Part shown: piece by piece, positions 17,256-19,758 of the stretch
How the letters are laid out: the number at the start of each line of letters is the position of its first letter
Numbering within the stretch: position 1 is the first letter of the stretch
DNA from: Coleofasciculus sp. B1-GNL1-01
GTDB taxonomy: Bacteria; Cyanobacteriota; Cyanobacteriia; Cyanobacteriales; Coleofasciculaceae
Reading direction: 5' to 3' (one strand)
DNA length: 19,758 bases
Assembly (NCBI GenBank): GCA_040220235.1
Contig: JAVJTO010000142.1
The notes under the pieces: model-generated
What the model saw: only the letters and a program-made list of their open reading frames with translations
The model's database searches: none
What the model was told of the DNA's origin: nothing
Made by a program: the position numbers and the translations under genes

Positions 17256-18038
17256 ATGAAAGAACCACTGATTGAACTAAAGGGAGTCTCCAAGTCCTTT
17301 GGGGGTAACGTCATCCTGGATAATGTTGATCTGACGATTTATCAGGGCGAAGCCTTAGGTATCATTGGACCCTCTGGGACGGGTAAGTCTACGATTCTAC
17401 GCATGATGGCGGGTTTAATGCCCCTGGATGGGGGTGAAATCTATGTGCAAGGACAAAAGCGTTCGGGTTTAATTGAAGATGCCAAAGACCCAATTGGCAT
17501 CGGTATGGTATTCCAGCAGTCTGCTCTGTTTGACTCTCTCAGTATCCGTGAAAATGTGGGATTTTTTCTTTACCAGCATTCTAAATTGTCTGACGATCGC
17601 ATTCGGGAATTAGTAGATGAAAAGCTAGAGATGGTGGGGTTACCCGGAATTGCTGATCAGTATCCGGCGGAACTCTCCGGCGGGATGCGTCGGCGAGTGA
17701 GTTTTGCCCGGGCGATTATGACGAACCCGGATAATCCCCAAGACAACCCGGAAATTTTACTCTATGACGAACCCACGGCGGGACTTGACCCGATCGCCTC
17801 TACTGTAATTGAGGATTTAGTCCGTCAACTTCAATGTGTTGAAGGCGGATGTAAGACTTATGTAATGGTCACTCACCAAGATAGTACAATTCGCCGTACC
17901 GCTGACCGAGTTGTGTTTCTCTACAAAGGCAAGGTACAGTGGCAAGGTTCTATCGGCGAGATTGATACAACCGATAATCCTCTGGTGCGACAATTTTTCA
18001 GTGCTAGTACCAGCGGACCAATTCAGGTGGTTGGTTAG
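17256..18038 (+). CDS. ABC transporter ATP-binding protein, MlaF/TGD3-like (lipid trafficking)
   Basis: 260 aa; GPSGTGKS, Q-loop MVFQQSALFDSL, signature LSGGMRRRV, YDEPTAGLDP, VTHQ; directly upstream of an MCE gene. Confidence 0.93.
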   Translation: MKEPLIELKGVSKSFGGNVILDNVDLTIYQGEALGIIGPSGTGKSTILRMMAGLMPLDGGEIYVQGQKRSGLIEDAKDPIGIGMVFQQSALFDSLSIRENVGFFLYQHSKLSDDRIRELVDEKLEMVGLPGIADQYPAELSGGMRRRVSFARAIMTNPDNPQDNPEILLYDEPTAGLDPIASTVIEDLVRQLQCVEGGCKTYVMVTHQDSTIRRTADRVVFLYKGKVQWQGSIGEIDTTDNPLVRQFFSASTSGPIQVVG

Positions 18039-18122
18039 GATAAAGGCAAGGGCTTGATCGGTCTTTTGTCATTGTCGTCTATCCAGGCAAATGTCCGTCA
18101 ATTCACCACTTAAGGGTACAGT

Positions 18123-18128
18123 GAGGAG
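18123..18128 (+). promoter_or_regulatory. Shine-Dalgarno site for the MlaD-family gene
   Basis: GAGGAG 5 nt upstream of ATG 18134. Confidence 0.65.
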
Positions 18129-18133
18129 AAACC

Positions 18134-19537
18134 ATGCGATCGCGAACCATTCGAGAAGGCTCCGTTGGCTTATTAATTCTAGTTGGACTCGCCGTGCTTG
18201 CTGGCTTGGTGGTTTGGATTCGAGGTTTGAAGTTTGGCGATCGCAGTTACAGCTTTGTCGTCAACTTTCCTAACGTCGCTGGGATGAAAGAAGGAGCCAC
18301 CGTGCGCTATCGCGGGGTTGATGTGGGCAACATTACTGATATTGAAGCCACAACCAACGGCGTTGATGTCACTATCGAAATTGCATCAGAAGACTTAGTG
18401 ATCCCAGAAGATGTTGCCATTGAAGCCAATCAATCGGGTTTAATTGGTGAAACCTCGGTAGATATTACTCCACTCCGGGAATTGTCCACTGATATTCAGT
18501 CGATGGAACCTCTAAGTTCTGAATGCAATTCGGATGTGATTATTTGTAGTGGTGAGCAGATTCAGGGTGAGATTGGGGTTAGCTTTATTGAACTTCTCCG
18601 CAATACTGAGCGCTTAACCACCATCTATACCGATCCGCAATTTTTTAATAACATCAACACTCTCGCCCAAAATGCCTCCCTCGCCGCCAGTGGTATCGCT
18701 CAACTTGCAGGTGAATTATCTTTATTATCACGTTCCGTGCGTCAAGAAGTCGGCGGATTTTCTCAGGCGTCTGATGCGATTACCACAGCGGCTACCCAGA
18801 CAACTCAACGCATTGGCGATACAGCGGGTCAATTTAGTCAGACAGCCGTTCAACTCAATCGATTAATTGCCTCAACCAATGATTTAGTCACCAGAAATCG
18901 AGCAGTTTTAGCCGGAACGTTAACCAATGTGGGTCAAACCAGCGAACAGTTGCGCGTTCTGTTAAGTGACTTGAGACCAACGCTAGAAAATGTCAACACG
19001 ACGATTGATTTAGTCAATGCACAAGTTGACCAAGCGGATGTCAGCACCATCATCGCCAACGTCGAAACCGCCTCCGAAAATTTAGCGACTCTTTCCGCTA
19101 ATGCGGCTGAGGTATCTGCTGACTTACGCGATCTATCCAATTCCCTGGACAGTCCCAGCACTGCTATTGTCTTGCAACAGCTATTAGATTCAGCACGGGT
19201 GACTTTTGAAAATACGCAAAAGATTACATCGGATTTGGAAGATTTAACGGGTGATCCGGCGTTCCGTCAAAATCTCAAAGAGTTAGTCAATGGGCTTAGT
19301 GAACTTGTTTCTTCTACGGAACAATTGGAACAGCAAATTGAGGTGGCACAAGTTGTAGAATCCGCCAGTGCTGAAATTACAACGGCGGCGGTTCAGGTAG
19401 TGGATAAATCCCGTGAGCTTAATCCAAAATCCATTGATGAGGAGTTAACTAAGTCTAAACATCGACTGAATCACCATCACCATATCCTGAAAAAATTGCC
19501 GCCAATTCCTAAAAAGTCAGTGGCGGATACGGATTAA
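18134..19537 (+). CDS. MlaD/MCE-family protein (TGD2/Ycf22-like)
   Basis: 467 aa; MRSRTIREGSVGLLIL transmembrane anchor, MCE domain (GATVRYRGVDVGNI, NQSGLIGETSVDI), long helical C-terminal region. Confidence 0.93.
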   Translation: MRSRTIREGSVGLLILVGLAVLAGLVVWIRGLKFGDRSYSFVVNFPNVAGMKEGATVRYRGVDVGNITDIEATTNGVDVTIEIASEDLVIPEDVAIEANQSGLIGETSVDITPLRELSTDIQSMEPLSSECNSDVIICSGEQIQGEIGVSFIELLRNTERLTTIYTDPQFFNNINTLAQNASLAASGIAQLAGELSLLSRSVRQEVGGFSQASDAITTAATQTTQRIGDTAGQFSQTAVQLNRLIASTNDLVTRNRAVLAGTLTNVGQTSEQLRVLLSDLRPTLENVNTTIDLVNAQVDQADVSTIIANVETASENLATLSANAAEVSADLRDLSNSLDSPSTAIVLQQLLDSARVTFENTQKITSDLEDLTGDPAFRQNLKELVNGLSELVSSTEQLEQQIEVAQVVESASAEITTAAVQVVDKSRELNPKSIDEELTKSKHRLNHHHHILKKLPPIPKKSVADTD

Positions 19538-19584
19538 GGAGAGATGAGGAAGATGAGGAAGCTGGAGGAGATGGGGAAAATGGG

Positions 19585-19615
19585 GACAAATGACAAATGA
19601 CAAATGACAAATGAC
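19585..19615. repeat. STRR2-type heptamer array (GACAAAT) x4
   Basis: gacaaat x4 plus gac. Confidence 0.92.
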
Positions 19616-19616
19616 G

Positions 19617-19758
19617 ATTAATGTCTGCGGAAGGCGGACGGCTGCCTGTGGACGCGGAGTAAGACCAATAGAGGGCAACCTCTGGAGGCATCGGCGAATG
19701 AAGCGGGAAATCCCAAAGACGAATAAGACCGTCCTTGTTTTTAAGGAGTTGGAAGCTC
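19617..19758 (+). mobile_element. Candidate IS200/IS605 tnpB 3'-end / omega(re)RNA-scaffold-like remnant, truncated by the window edge
   Basis: Ordered motifs gcctgtgga...gtaagacc...ggca...tgaagcgggaaatccc...ggaagctc. The translation ACGRGVRP...MKREIP resembles TnpB C-terminal tails. Nested stems include agagg-GCAA-cctct. No tnpB ORF upstream. Confidence 0.5.

Larger units (their letters stand above)
226..18244. other. HIP1 octamer (GCGATCGC) enrichment
   Basis: At least 15 copies seen by eye, near 226, 490, 6457, 7195, 9308, 9557, 10349, 10505, 10511, 10903, 11514, 11838, 16217, 18136 and 18237. Confidence 0.92.

Noticed and set aside
15824..17314. Small ORFs overlapping chlI and its upstream repeats
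   Set aside because: Antisense shadows of chlI or translations of heptamer repeats (LLPIAYC).
19509..19758. Minus-strand ORF with a WD40-like DGLIRLWD word
   Set aside because: It runs through STRR and nonamer repeats and overlaps the mlaD stop, and one short word is not enough support. It cannot be fully excluded without downstream sequence.

Overview
Chromosomal window from a filamentous cyanobacterium. It has at least 15 HIP1 GCGATCGC octamers, STRR heptamer arrays and many GTAG-type REP-like palindromes; a Coleofasciculus-like host is my inference. Left half (accessory, + strand): a 5'-truncated filamentous-haemagglutinin/TpsA-like gene with 264-bp internal repeats, a complete TpsA-like gene sharing a ~91% identical 288-bp 3' end with the first, and a TPR-CHAT peptidase gene carrying several in-frame palindromic or MITE-like insertions. 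Middle (- strand): a sensor-kinase-like gene whose phosphoacceptor His is replaced by Gln, murE, a DUF836 glutaredoxin-like gene and tRNA-Arg(TCT). Right half (+ strand): three conserved hypothetical genes, chlI and an mlaF/mlaD-like pair. Intergenic spaces hold nested REP, MITE and STRR composites. The last ~140 nt resemble the 3' end of an IS200/IS605 tnpB (omega/reRNA scaffold region) with no tnpB ORF upstream. All family assignments come from motif recognition by eye; no searches were run.
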